A stretch of DNA of 64,000 nt, from NCBI GenBank assembly GCA_020137815.1, contig CM035357.1, positions 3,906,001 through 3,970,000 on the forward strand, read 5' to 3'. Each line of letters opens with the position of its first letter. Within the stretch, counting starts at the first letter, position 1. The translations under genes were made by a program, and so were the position numbers. Below, one piece after another: positions 54,001 to 61,711 of this stretch. This DNA comes from Hormiphora californensis. Its lineage: Eukaryota > Animalia > Ctenophora. The notes beneath the pieces were generated by a model. It worked only from the letters and a program-made list of their open reading frames with translations, was not told the origin of the DNA and did not search any database.

Positions 54001-57000
54001 GAGTGCTACACAGTATGGGAGGCGGAGGTGAATCAACTCGAAGAGGAGGTGTTGGCCCTCGCTGCTGAGGCCCAGAACATCCACCTTGGGGCTGCCAATA
54101 TGACGGAAGCCGAGTTACAGGACTTGTTTAGAGAGCTGAGGAAGAAGTTGCGGGAGGCAGCTGATCTGGCAGGCCAGGCGCCTGATGCTACGGGATCGGA
54201 ACGGGAGAGAATATCACAGGTGTTAGCTGATCTTGGAAGGGAGGTTGAGGCGCGGGAGGAGCAGTTGGAAGAGTTGAGACAGAGGTTAGATGGGGTGGAT
54301 AGAAAGAAAATAAAGACTGACAGGAAACTAAAGGCTCTGGAGGACAAATTGGTGAGGTTTGAGGAGGGTACGGCTGATCTCGCTGAAAAAGCTAAAGCTC
54401 TCTCAGCAGCTAACTTGGATGAAGCCTTGAAGTTGGTCGAGGAGGCGGCTGAGGAGAGTGCCAAAGCGCAGGCTAGGGCCCAGGGAACTGAAGATACGGT
54501 TGCTGATGCAGAGGGTAAGGCTGCACGTGCAGAACGCATTTTAGAGGATGAAATCTTCTCCGACACATCTACCATGGACCAACTCCAAGGTCTAGAGGGC
54601 GACATCTCCGATCTAACCCGGAAACTAGATCAACTGGATAGCCGGGTTTGTGGTGCTGAGGAGGGTACTGGTGATGAGTGTGGACCGTGCGGGGGTAGCC
54701 GGTGTGATTCCTGTGGGGGAGTGGGTTGTGGGGGAGCTGTGGCACTAATATCCGAGATTGGGGAGCTGGGGGAGGAGGCTAAGAGGTGCACAGTGAGGAG
54801 AGAGGATGAGGCAAGCGAGGCTACCTCCAAACTGAGGGAAATGAATAGCCAGGCAGGGGAGATTGAGGGGAAAATCAGTGATCTTGCAGAGGTAAATATA
54901 TAATGAGAGTTTGTTTGTTTGTTTGTTTGTTTGTTTGTTTGTTTGTTTCGTTGCTTGAAAGTTATAGTCTCAATAACAGTTGGACATGTTTGAGACATTT
55001 ATCAAAGTGATCTTTCCCTTTCTTTCCCTTCGATGGTTCTACAGAAGATCTATCTGGAACTGGCATAGGGTAAAGACTTCGAAAGAAAGCTCGACAAACG
55101 CTCATGTCTCTCTTGTCTCTATAAATATAGCACAGAGACACGTGAGAATTTGTCGGTCTTTCTTGACAGATCTTTAATTCCCAAACTTAAGTTTGGGAAT
55201 TAAAGATCTGTCAAGAAAGACCGACAAATTCTCACGTGTCTCTGTGCTATATTTATAGAGACAAGAGAGACATGAGCGTTAAATTCAAAGATATTTTCTA
55301 GGGAACTAATTAGTTCCCTAGAAAATATCTTTGAATTTAAACTCATTTCCCATCTTTCTCTCCCAGCTAAGCAAGGAAACAAAGGCAGCGCTGGATAAAA
55401 AAGAGGGTGATATTAACGCTTTGAAGGATGGGCTAACTGCTGTTGTTGAGGGTGATAGGACATCCACTGATGAGATCGAGAAGATTGTGGAGAAGATAGA
55501 AGCCCTGTCATTGCCACTGTCTCAGTCTGCACTAAACAATCTAGTTGAGGATCTTATAGAGGCGCTGGATGATACACAATTCTTGGATACAGGTAAGTTG
55601 AAATTTAATGGAGCCGTAATACTATCTACCGGGAGGGGGGAGTTAAGAAGGTTGTGGTACTGATCACAGGACCTTGCTCTCAACTAACCCTACAACTAAC
55701 CCTACAGACGCGGCAGTATCGGATGAGGATAAGGCAAGGTTAGCGGACCTGCTTGGGCGTGCCCGGGAAGCCAGTGCCTCAGCCAACCAAACTCTTGATG
55801 ACGTGTCTGGAGCTAATGCGGATCTAGCAGCCTTTGACCGGACACACGAAGAAACAAAGGAGCTGCTGACTGAGACTACTGAGGTTGTTAATGACGGCTG
55901 GAGGGACGTCAACAAGGTACGAGTTTTTGATCTGTAATAAGAGCGGTTACCATGGGCGCGAACCCCTGTTATTGTTAGGGACCCTACGCAGTGGGGCCAA
56001 TCACTTAGTGATACCAGCACCTCTAGACAAGGTGCTTTTAGTATAGAAAACCAGAAAATGGTAGTTTAGTTTAGAGCTTTGATGTTACATCACTTTATTA
56101 CTACTTTTAACATCGCTGCTCCAGGGCACGCCCCATTTAGACCTTTAAAAAAAAGTTCATTTTGTGAATATTATACAAATGACAGCTATCATGATATGAC
56201 TGTCTCGCTCATTCGACAGAATTCCCCTTCATATTCTGAGCTGCCCTATGATATTCTGAGCTGCCATTTCGTTAATTATATGCAGGGTTGCGACAGAATA
56301 ATATATTGGTGTAGATAGAGATACCCATGGACACGGCACTGTTGAAGTTAAGCAGGGTTATCTTTATTGTGCCCAACAGAGAGCGCTTCTGGCCACCCAC
56401 TGGGTTTGTGGTAGCCTAGGCTATCATGAACAGGACTTGTATTAATCGAAACCTGCTTGTTGCCACCAAAACATCTACCTGGATTGAAAATGAAACATTA
56501 GAATCAAGATGGGATGTTGTGGTATATTTAAGGGTACGCTAACCAAAAATTTTTTTCGAGTGCAGGGAAATCTCTCACCGCAGGGTTGTAGGCCATGCCA
56601 AGGAGACCTCAAATATGCAATTTTAACCCTCAAGTCGAATTCATATTTTTGCTACAGCCGTTTTAAAATCGTCTTGAAAATTTCCGAAAAGACGTTTTTG
56701 ACACCCTAAAAATACATTTTCAGGGCTAGAAGCTTAAAATTATGGGGATTTGAAGGGGATAGAAAGGTTTATCGACACAAAAATTTTTATTAAAATCGGT
56801 GATGATTTTCGGTCGTGAGATTGATTTACTTTTTCCCTCTTAAAGGCCCTATTTAGCAAAGTTCCGAAAGTTTGTGAAGGCTGTAAATTGGTGAAAAGTT
56901 GCGTCTAACGATTATCTAAGTGGCCACAAATTTTTGGCGTGTCCTTATTTGAGACAAGTTGTACAGAGCTTTTTTTGTGAAAGCCGTTTTTTTAGAAATA

Positions 57001-60000
57001 ATGAAATAGCCTGTATCTCAAAAACGACTGATTTTAGAGACCTAGGACCAAGCTTAAACGATTCAGAAGGTCCGATTTTGGGGGGTCTTCTGAGAGATAT
57101 TTTTCTCCTACTTCAACGGTTTTCGCTGTAATTGCGAAAAACAAATCCTTTGAAGAGGGCAAAAGAGGAGTTCCGACAGCCTGCTTCGTGCTGCTTTTCC
57201 ACCTTCTTGCTAAATCCTTTTTCGCAATTACAGCAAAAACCGTTGAAGTAGGAGAAAAATGTCTCTCAGAAGACCCCCCCAAAATCGGACCTTCTGAATC
57301 GTTTAAGCTTGGTCTCAGGTCTCTAAAATCAGTCGTTTTTGAGATACAGGCTATTTCATTATTTCTAAAAAAACGGCTTTTACAAAAAAAGCTCTGTACA
57401 ACTTGTCTCAAATAAGGACACGCCAAAAATTTGTGGCCACTTAGATAATCGTTAGACGCAACTTTTCACCAATTTACAGCCTTCACAAACTTTCGGAACT
57501 TTGCTAAATAGGGCCTTTAAGAGGGAAAAAAGTAAATCAATCTCACGACCGAAAATCATCACCGATTTTAATAAAAATTTTTGTGTCGATAAACCTTTCT
57601 ATCCCCTTCAAATCCCCATAATTTTAAGCTTCTAGCCCTGAAAATGTATTTTTAGGGTGTCAAAAACGTCTTTTCAGAAATTTTCAAGACGATTTTAAAA
57701 CGGCTGTAGCAAAAATATGAATTCGACTTGAGGGTTAAAATTGCATATTTGAGGTCTCCTTGGCATGGCCTACAACCCTGCGGTGAGAGATTTCCCTGCA
57801 CTCGAAAAAAATTTTTGGTTAGCGTACCCTTAAAGTGCGTAAGACCCTAATCGTGGGAAACTTCCCGGACCCTGATAGTACTAATCATGGGAAAGATAAT
57901 ACAGTCGGAAACCGGTTTACTGGGATGCTCGAGGAAAGGGTTCTGTCCGGTAAATTGGGGTGCCCGGTATATATATATAACCGAGGTAAATCATTATTAA
58001 TTTCCTATGGGTATAATAGCAGGGCTGGGCTGGGCTGGGCTGGGCTGGGCTGGGCTGGGCTGGGCTGGGCTGGGCTGGGCTGGGCTGGGCTGGGCTGTGT
58101 CAAGATAATAATAACCATACTCAAATACTCAATATTCGTCATACATATATACTGAGATGTTGGTGCAATAAGAATTTTGAGTAGACCATGCCTCGTGATA
58201 CATACTGTTCTGTAAAGGTATAAATGAATAGGAACTCGACAGAGTAGGAACCTGATCTTAGTTTTGTCCTGCATGAGATTAAACATGTGATGAAATGAAT
58301 TCGCATGTCAGTTGTAATAAAGATTGATTTAGTTTTTATTCTAACGTTCCAAAATCACAACTAAAGCCTTTCAACAGCACACGATGAACGATACAAGTGA
58401 AATATACCTGACTACATCCCAAACTATACCCCTTGCAATATATTGCTTCTTTGTCACCTTCTTCGGTCTCACTGGTAATGGACTGGTCCTATACTCCTCT
58501 CTACGCTATGATGCCATCAAACTTGACCAAGTCTCCCTAGAGTTCGTTAGAAACCTAGCTCTGGCGGACATTCTCTATACCATCTGCATTGTCCTACCCC
58601 AGTTTGTAACCTTCGCTGCTCGTCGCTGGGTCTTGGGACCGGTTAACTGTGTGTTGCAGGGTGAGATTGTAATGGTACCTAGTTCTCTCAACACCCTCAC
58701 CGTCTTTGCGATATCATGTTACCGACTCAAACTGGTCATCTCGCCCTTCCACCAGATCTCACTGCGATCAGCCCGGATCTTGATTGGTTTTATTTGGCTA
58801 CTGGCACTAACCCCACTTGTCGTGATAGAGTCCTACCAACTAGGGACACACTTCGACCCGAACATTGCGAGGTGTGTCGGGGACATTTACGACCATGACG
58901 AGGCCAGGGGACCTCTGATGATCTTGGTAGGGATCATCGTCTTTATACCTTTGTTTGGAATTGTCGGTATCAATTTTGGCCTATTGGGGGTCGCTCTCCG
59001 TCTCCAAAGCTCCAGAAACAGCGGTCCAAGTCGTGGAATTAACTTTAAAGGTCCTCTGGACATCCTGGCTCTGTCTGGTCTGCTCATGTTCAGCTGGGGT
59101 CCCTACCTCGTCTACACTTTCATCAAGATCAAAACACCCGAGGTCTCTCAACAGTTCACCCTAGTGGTTTTCAATTTCCTTCTCCTCAACGTCTTTGGTA
59201 ATCCCTTTCTCTACACGATTACCAATAGAAGATTCGGCCGATATGTCCGCAGTTTGCTCTGTGGCTTGCTAGGAAAAAGGCAGACTATTATAGGGAGTCA
59301 GGCTACCACTAGCGGGACAAATGGAAACGAAATCACCAGGGAACGGAACCACCAGGGAACAATCACTGACGCCTGACTGTAACTAAGCCCTGCTAATTAG
59401 AACATTTTTTCCTGTAAAAGGTTTTAGGATGGAGTCAGCAGAGATACTGATATAGCTGCCTAGTGTCTGATTCTTTGATTAATCACTTGAACTTGTCCCC
59501 GAATTGGCGATGAGTAACAGTAATTCAGACTTTTTGAGATAGCAAGAATATTTTTCGGAGAAATGAACCATAATGCTCCATAAACAAGAAAGCACTGAAT
59601 CACTTATTTAGTTACAATCATGTTGGCCGCCCAGGAAGCAGTGCACGACCTTCAAGACGGGCGAAAAAATCAAAAAATGTTATTGTTAGCGGACTGCGTC
59701 TTGGAAGTAGTGGACCGTGCAGTTATAGTGGGCAACGGTTTATATGTGGGCGGCCAATATGACGAAGAATATGATTTGATGAGTAAACACACACACGTGC
59801 ACACACATTGATCAAGCTCAATTTTTGCTAGCGAAAAAGTAGAAAATTGCTGAAAATTATTTGCGAGAAAAGCTCTGGACAAGCAAAACTATTATGTAAT
59901 TTGTTTTTCGGACAACCCGGTCAAAATACATGACCTAGGACCGATCTCCACAATACAGCCGGACTCCGATTTACCGGGATCCTCGGGGCGGGAAAGGGTT

Positions 60001-60422
60001 TTGCCCGGTAAATCGGGGTCAAATACTGTTGATTTCCTATATCGGGGGAAGTTTATCCTCCTGTTAAATTGGGGTTCCGGTAAATCGGGGCCCGGTAAAT
60101 CGGGGTCCGACTGTAGTATAATATCTAGTCGAGGTTTCGTCATCTTTTACAATATCCCATGATGTTTCCATAACCCTCTCTCTCTCCATACACAGGTTCT
60201 AGAAAACCTTGATGAAGGTGAAGCAGCCCGGGATACCCTTGAAACAGACCTAGCAGCCCTTGAGGACGAACTAGAGAAGTTACTTGCTGAGGTCAGCGCT
60301 GCCCAGGGCCTCAGTAGTCAGGCAGATGAACAGATTGAGATGGCCAGTAGACAGATTAAGGAAAATGAGGAGGAAAGTGACAGGTGAGATGACAAACAAA
60401 CAGACAGACAGACAGACAGACG

Positions 60423-60486
<64 letters not shown>

Positions 60487-61711
60487 GGTGAGATGAAAAA
60501 CAAACAAACAGACAGGTGAGATGACAAACAAACAGACAGACAGACATACAGACAGGTGAGATGACAAACAAACAGACAGACAGACAGACAGACAGGTGAG
60601 ATGACAAACAAACAGACAGACAGACAGACAGGTGAGATGATAAACAAACAAATAGACAGACATACAGACAGGTGAGATGACAAACAAACAAATAGACAGA
60701 CAGACAGGTGAGAGATATTGGAGCTATTACAATAACACCCACCTCTCAATTTTTCTCGAACTATGGATCTACTAAGATCATAGTTTAAGTTACAACGTTT
60801 CCCATGGCGTATAATATGACCGAGTTTTTTTTTTCGTTCTTCTGCTATAATCAGTTAACTTGTTAGACAAGTAAACCCTGTCAGAGCATTGGCCTGACCC
60901 ATTCTCGGAGCGCGCGAGAACTGTGGTCAGAGCATTGGCCTGACAGAGTAAACCGGCACCCAGAAAACCCCAGTTCCCATGCTTCTAAAACCAAATAATG
61001 ACGACACTCCTCTCTCAGGTTGTCGGAGTTATACGACAAGGTAGCGGATGAGGTATCGGATTTGGAGGATCAGGTGTCGGATCAGATCACAGAGACTTCA
61101 GAGGGTGCACAACTTAGCAAAGAGGTGGAAGAGGCCGTTAGGGCAAAGATAGAGAAAGTGGAAGATCTGGCTGAAACGTAGGTGTTACCTGATTTGGCCA
61201 CATTGATACCTGAGTGAGATCGACGTCGCGTGCGACTGAGATCGATCTCGCATAGGTTGCAATGGAGCCAATTACCTGATTACATCACATCTAGATTCCA
61301 TATCCAGATCACATATCGATATTCGATAGCATATAGCGATGAATTTTTATGAATATCCCCCCAAAAACATATCGAGATTACGTTATTTCCGAATTCCCAA
61401 AAACACAATATTAATTATATTTTTTGACAGTTAACCCTTTCAGCGCGATAAAGCATGTTATATGACACATTTGACATTTCATTTCTAAATAATTAGATCT
61501 GAGGAAGAATTTCATTTCATTTGTGGTGTTCCAATTTCACTAACATTTCTCTGATCTTTCCCTATATTCCAGGTTTATCGCTCAACAGGATCTACTAATT
61601 GATCTGAGTGGGGAGCTAGTTGAGGTGGAGAAAACACTGGATGACGTGCTAGAGAAGATCGAGATTAAAAGCAGATGGCACGCAAACTGCGCTAATGACA
61701 TCCCTGCATAA
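153..61711 (+). CDS. Laminin chain, beta-like/beta-gamma-like, 5' part outside the window; 34 exons, about 2130 aa in window
   Basis: Exons rebuilt manually; all phases are consistent and the frame is open: 153-339, 1984-2153, 2371-2551 (GC donor), 2731-2846, 8395-8524, 9985-10139, 11189-11357, 13771-13881, 14383-14526, 14753-14891, 15971-16040, 16157-16265, 18352-18491, 19687-19759, 20050-20147, 20325-20606, 20945-21113, 31268-31411, 31571-31702, 32038-32125, 43715-43776, 44161-44337, 44476-44596, 45084-45210, 45337-45538, 45859-46015, 46301-46419, 46650-46736, 53279-54891, 55367-55592, 55708-55916, 60196-60383, 61019-61177, 61573-61711 (TAA). Has 8-Cys laminin EGF repeats, a heptad coiled coil and a Cys/Gly knob, and ends [12 protein letters not shown]. 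Confidence 0.92.
639..782. mobile_element. Small poly-G/poly-C-ended MITE
   Basis: GGGGGAGGCTGCCGCAAGAA / TTCTTGCGGCAGCCCCCC inverted termini. Confidence 0.6.
924..1157. mobile_element. TTAA MITE (Kolobok-like)
   Basis: TTAA|AGTGAGAGAGAACAGCAGGGATTTTCACAAAAAGTTAT inverted at both ends|TTAA. Confidence 0.8.
1230..1816. mobile_element. Poly-G/poly-C-ended MITE with internal GATCTGGC(T)n tandem array
   Basis: GGG..GCAAGGCCAAAAAAAGCC / GGCTTTTTTTGGCCTTGGCCCC termini. Confidence 0.75.
2847..3030 (+). repeat. 27-bp minisatellite starting at a splice donor
   Basis: GTAA(A/C)CATGGTA...GGGGAAG units, about 6.5 copies. Confidence 0.85.
3467..4462 (-). CDS. Rhodopsin-like 7TM receptor (GPCR), nested antisense in laminin intron 2847-8394
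   Basis: Seven hydrophobic segments, GxxxN in TM1, D in TM2, VMRA at the DRY position, NSFVY in TM7. Likely start is ATG 4462; the ORF extension to 4642 runs into a MITE. Confidence 0.85.
   Translation of the reverse strand: MYIFGTASLLCLVVGVPSNTFALAYFFTSRNRNKTCTLVYRVISATDLVICLLNLPVSISFLLQGSPGMFGVTILCSLWDILCEVSIRYSMFLIAVLSVMRAFNLMYPFRSCTKGSIVLAMSGYGVLLIIQESLPPLLLGVHSIYFPERLSCHFDGLHGVFDKVIQHLLFAIFTLFGEIGGPLLVGTVAGVICVVNLKRVQRKSNPAAATSCSSTRTSAVSGYGTSVNSPVIRSLQKAKATKTILIITLLCVFLNLPIITTSVVFMSNIHFSKEVYLYGLEITTSLAMLNSVANSFVYFVRIKRMREFSKRAFKSCWYCVTFRWDSCSDVL
4603..4773. mobile_element. CAGTCGGACCCCG-family MITE, short form
   Basis: TIRs and TA TSD. Confidence 0.85.
5085..6943. mobile_element. Non-autonomous TIR element with 4-bp ATAA TSD and iterated internal motifs
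   Basis: 25-bp TIR GGTCAGTTTAAAGAACGTCTGTACA; many GCCCAAC..TGTGGAGC motifs that change orientation mid-element. Confidence 0.78.
8634..9726. mobile_element. TA-flanked TIR element with a tandemly duplicated left end
   Basis: TGGGTCATTCTCAT(G/A)AAATTGACAC TIRs; 8634-8813 repeated at 8822-9002; internal CGTTAC iterations. Confidence 0.75.
10733..10888. mobile_element. CAGTCGGACCCCG-family MITE, short form
   Basis: TIRs and TA TSD. Confidence 0.85.
11674..12500. mobile_element. Palindromic TA-flanked MITE
   Basis: TGGCGGTGCATGAGTGCACG termini; ~300-bp near-perfect arms. Confidence 0.85.
12757..13183 (+). mobile_element. 5'-truncated non-LTR retrotransposon 3' end, inserted in a degenerate MITE
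   Basis: CCHC knuckle [18 protein letters not shown], 3' UTR, (AGA)n tail, CCCCGAT duplicated at both ends. Confidence 0.75.
14915..15685. mobile_element. Palindromic MITE
   Basis: ~280-bp perfect inverted arms starting ATAACTACATCGACCTCTCCC. Confidence 0.8.
16669..17545. mobile_element. Poly-G-ended MULE-like MITE with 9-bp TSD
   Basis: GGGCTCAACACCTAACTGTATGACACTCATGACTCT TIRs; GGAGGGATC duplicated; inserted in a tandem-repeat unit. Confidence 0.85.
17546..17884. repeat. ~125-bp tandem repeat (3 units; first unit split by the MITE, starting 16629)
   Basis: TGAGAATTCAGACAGCTTGCTCTTCGTCG...TAAACGGGTTAATAA repeated. Confidence 0.85.
18942..19176. repeat. Inverted repeat (hairpin MITE)
   Basis: ~85-bp arms ATCAGAAGTTGTCCAGGAATATC...GGGCATCAATAAA. 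Confidence 0.75.
21770..22497. repeat. ~161-bp tandem repeats
   Basis: CGATTTATGGGGGGTCGTCCCC..ACAAAAAGT units, about 4.5 copies. Confidence 0.8.
22528..22861. mobile_element. Palindromic MITE (TAG termini, Academ-like) with a (GA)n core
   Basis: TAGACCAAAAAACAAAAGAAATTTG...; ~75-bp arms. Confidence 0.7.
22882..24300. repeat. ~473-bp tandem repeat, 3 copies
   Basis: Units start TACCTCGACCAAAACGCGG at 22882, 23357 and 23828. Confidence 0.88.
24786..26087 (-). CDS. Golgi type II carbohydrate sulfotransferase (Sulfotransfer_2, CHST8-14-like), nested antisense in intron 21114-31267
   Basis: 433-aa single-exon ORF with an N-terminal TM and acidic stem. Contains the 5'-PSB-like [11 protein letters not shown], the 3'-PB-like [20 protein letters not shown], and [11 protein letters not shown]. 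Confidence 0.88.
   Translation of the reverse strand: MSRPSRYFIYCCALALVLIVTHYGINLLDSGQQPVVFGWNSDQTNSDQTSINSTGAESEIKELFGPSHPATPRPAVQAEKDLREEESEVREGLSDGEDDQTDLPTEERNLEEITEERYPEVHSRVQARMSYIREVCERENPKFHKSYNMYYFKKFGVTWLPVFKSSSTTWKMFFIDEIRGPDANVKGNHASFSLLFPSRLYEKNELKPSNKTGPRKRKWAVEPANSIRFTIIRHPLSRLVSHYRKTMVSEKDQAELKDEWIIPTVVHARNKTSWTAAQEKKYRSELDRLLTGALKPDPNTTNPYLSLPTFPEFIEYIFYARAQSDWRGTNEHWKPNSARTDVCYNDLDIITKLENEQDELPYLLDKLNMTQYTDRLMDTKANPSGVSTVKGSEVLEYLKQLSRAQQERLNSIYTFDYEIFKYEPIFSETEDKF
26741..27590. mobile_element. CAGTCGGACCCCG-family MITE, long form, TA TSD (Tc1/pogo-like)
   Basis: TA|CAGTCGGACCCCGATTTA...TAAATCGGGGTCCGACTG|TA; near-identical to 48683-49548. Confidence 0.85.
27945..28100. mobile_element. 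CAGTCGGACCCCG-family MITE, short form
   Basis: TIRs and TA TSD. Confidence 0.85.
30061..30741. mobile_element. TA-flanked TIR element
   Basis: GGGTAGCGACTGGC(T/A)ATTTGAAAC TIRs; internal TTTCAAAT iterations. Confidence 0.8.
31268..46736 (+). CDS. Laminin exons 18-28: LE repeats interrupted by an L4 (laminin IV type A) domain
   Basis: LE motifs such as [18 protein letters not shown]. An LE is split after [14 protein letters not shown], contains HLGDIYNSY...IYLHESSF...LLRNVTLL, and resumes at [15 protein letters not shown], the typical L4 insertion pattern. Confidence 0.85.
33172..33446. mobile_element. Small TIR MITE
   Basis: AGTCGAATTTTTTAATCAAGGGACA inverted at both ends. Confidence 0.72.
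33613..35265 (-). pseudogene. Secreted multidomain gene (signal peptide, ~140-aa beta-rich domain, partial C-type lectin) with a frameshift, nested antisense in intron 32126-43714
   Basis: Exons 35265-35196 ([14 protein letters not shown]), 35109-35056, 34785-34367, 34181-33999 and 33845-33613. The 419-nt exon needs one more base near 34400 to read DTASDFYMT and keep phase. The lectin-like [24 protein letters not shown]...WLG is truncated. Confidence 0.6.
35720..36482. repeat. (GA/CT)n microsatellites and a ~52-bp minisatellite
   Basis: GTGCTCTCCCTCGCTCCCTCCCTTCCTCTCTGGT units. Confidence 0.8.
37377..37442 (-). tRNA. Initiator tRNA-Met copy (positions ~10-76 including CCA) forming an extended PBS; not a functional tRNA gene
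   Basis: The minus strand reads GCGCAGTGGAAGCGTGCTGGGCCCATAACCCAGAGGTCGGTGGATCGGAACCACTTCCTGCTACCA: eukaryotic iMet with CAT anticodon, the 5' acceptor strand missing, and CCA encoded. Confidence 0.88.
37518..38137 (+). pseudogene. GPATCH4: Intronless GPATCH4-like G-patch protein copy inside the LTR element, 1-nt frameshift near 37835
   Basis: G-patch [29 protein letters not shown]...HGLGHD...WWDNVFNKA, plus C-terminal [13 protein letters not shown]...[13 protein letters not shown], both as I recall them in GPATCH4. The two halves are in different frames. Confidence 0.75.
38247..39383. mobile_element. Non-autonomous TIR element, PIF/Harbinger-like, copy 1
   Basis: TIR GGGCTCTTCGACGAAACTTTAA at both ends, flanked by CTG/CTG. 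Confidence 0.75.
39387..41901. mobile_element. Same Harbinger-like element, inverted copy 2, containing a nested TTAA element
   Basis: Reverse complement of copy 1, flanked by CTG and CAG. Confidence 0.75.
39473..40864. mobile_element. Long-palindrome TTAA element (Kolobok-like)
   Basis: TTAA|GGGTACGCTAACC...GGTTAGCGTACCC|TTAA with ~600-bp inverted arms. Confidence 0.8.
42069..42788 (+). other. Unknown 239-aa ORF in the LTR-element interior, with Cys/Lys/Glu-rich tandem repeats
   Basis: ORF track; the repeat unit [20 protein letters not shown] also occurs at ~38198-38246, on the far side of the Harbinger-like insertion. Confidence 0.4.
48683..49548. mobile_element. CAGTCGGACCCCG-family MITE, long form
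   Basis: Same TIRs and TA TSD; paralog of 26741-27590. Confidence 0.85.
50177..50280. repeat. 11-bp tandem repeat (GATCTGATATT)n in the 3' UTR region of the PY-rich gene
   Basis: Direct reading. Confidence 0.85.
50350..51194 (-). CDS. Two-exon type I single-pass membrane protein with a Pro/Tyr-rich tail (WBP1/Shisa-like tail), nested antisense in intron 46737-53278
   Basis: Exon 1 is 51194-51053 ([18 protein letters not shown], then Arg/Thr/Ser-rich). A phase-1 GT-AG intron follows. Exon 2 is 50918-50350, with [26 protein letters not shown], many YPPP repeats and PPDY. Confidence 0.82.
53279..54891 (+). CDS. Laminin large exon: LE repeats, coiled coil and L-beta knob
   Basis: ORF 53260..54903, AG at 53277-78, GT at 54892. 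CEPCGECY marks the coiled-coil start; [30 protein letters not shown] is the knob. Confidence 0.93.
55097..55280. repeat. Near-perfect hairpin
   Basis: AACGCTCATGTCTCTC...CTTAAG...GAGAGACATGAGCGTT. Confidence 0.8.
56532..57829. mobile_element. Long-palindrome TTAA element (Kolobok-like), related to 39473-40864
   Basis: Same termini and TTAA TSD; near-perfect ~610-bp arms. Confidence 0.82.
58022..58097. repeat. (GGGCT)n pentanucleotide repeat upstream of the same-strand GPCR; G-quadruplex-capable
   Basis: About 15 copies. Confidence 0.9.
58384..59376 (+). CDS. Rhodopsin-like 7TM receptor (GPCR), nested on the same strand in intron 55917-60195
   Basis: 330-aa single-exon ORF with [16 protein letters not shown]...C, CYR, SWGP and NPFLY. 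Confidence 0.9.
   Translation: MNDTSEIYLTTSQTIPLAIYCFFVTFFGLTGNGLVLYSSLRYDAIKLDQVSLEFVRNLALADILYTICIVLPQFVTFAARRWVLGPVNCVLQGEIVMVPSSLNTLTVFAISCYRLKLVISPFHQISLRSARILIGFIWLLALTPLVVIESYQLGTHFDPNIARCVGDIYDHDEARGPLMILVGIIVFIPLFGIVGINFGLLGVALRLQSSRNSGPSRGINFKGPLDILALSGLLMFSWGPYLVYTFIKIKTPEVSQQFTLVVFNFLLLNVFGNPFLYTITNRRFGRYVRSLLCGLLGKRQTIIGSQATTSGTNGNEITRERNHQGTITDA
59956..60113. mobile_element. CAGTCGGACCCCG-family MITE, short form
   Basis: TIRs and TA TSD. Confidence 0.8.
60384..60715 (+). repeat. (CAGA)n/(CAAA)n compound repeat with recurring CAG|GTGAGA
   Basis: About 8 CAGGTGAGA copies; the first is the true donor. Confidence 0.85.

Noticed and set aside
54033-54605. 190-aa antisense ORF
   Set aside because: It is a shadow of the coiled-coil exon.
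55917-60195. Long direct repeats around the two GPCRs or the lectin-like gene
   Set aside because: I looked by eye and found none, so the direct-repeat pattern is supported for only two of five nested genes.
60280-60749. Cys/Leu/Ser/Val-rich minus-strand ORFs
   Set aside because: They are translations of (CAGA)n repeats.
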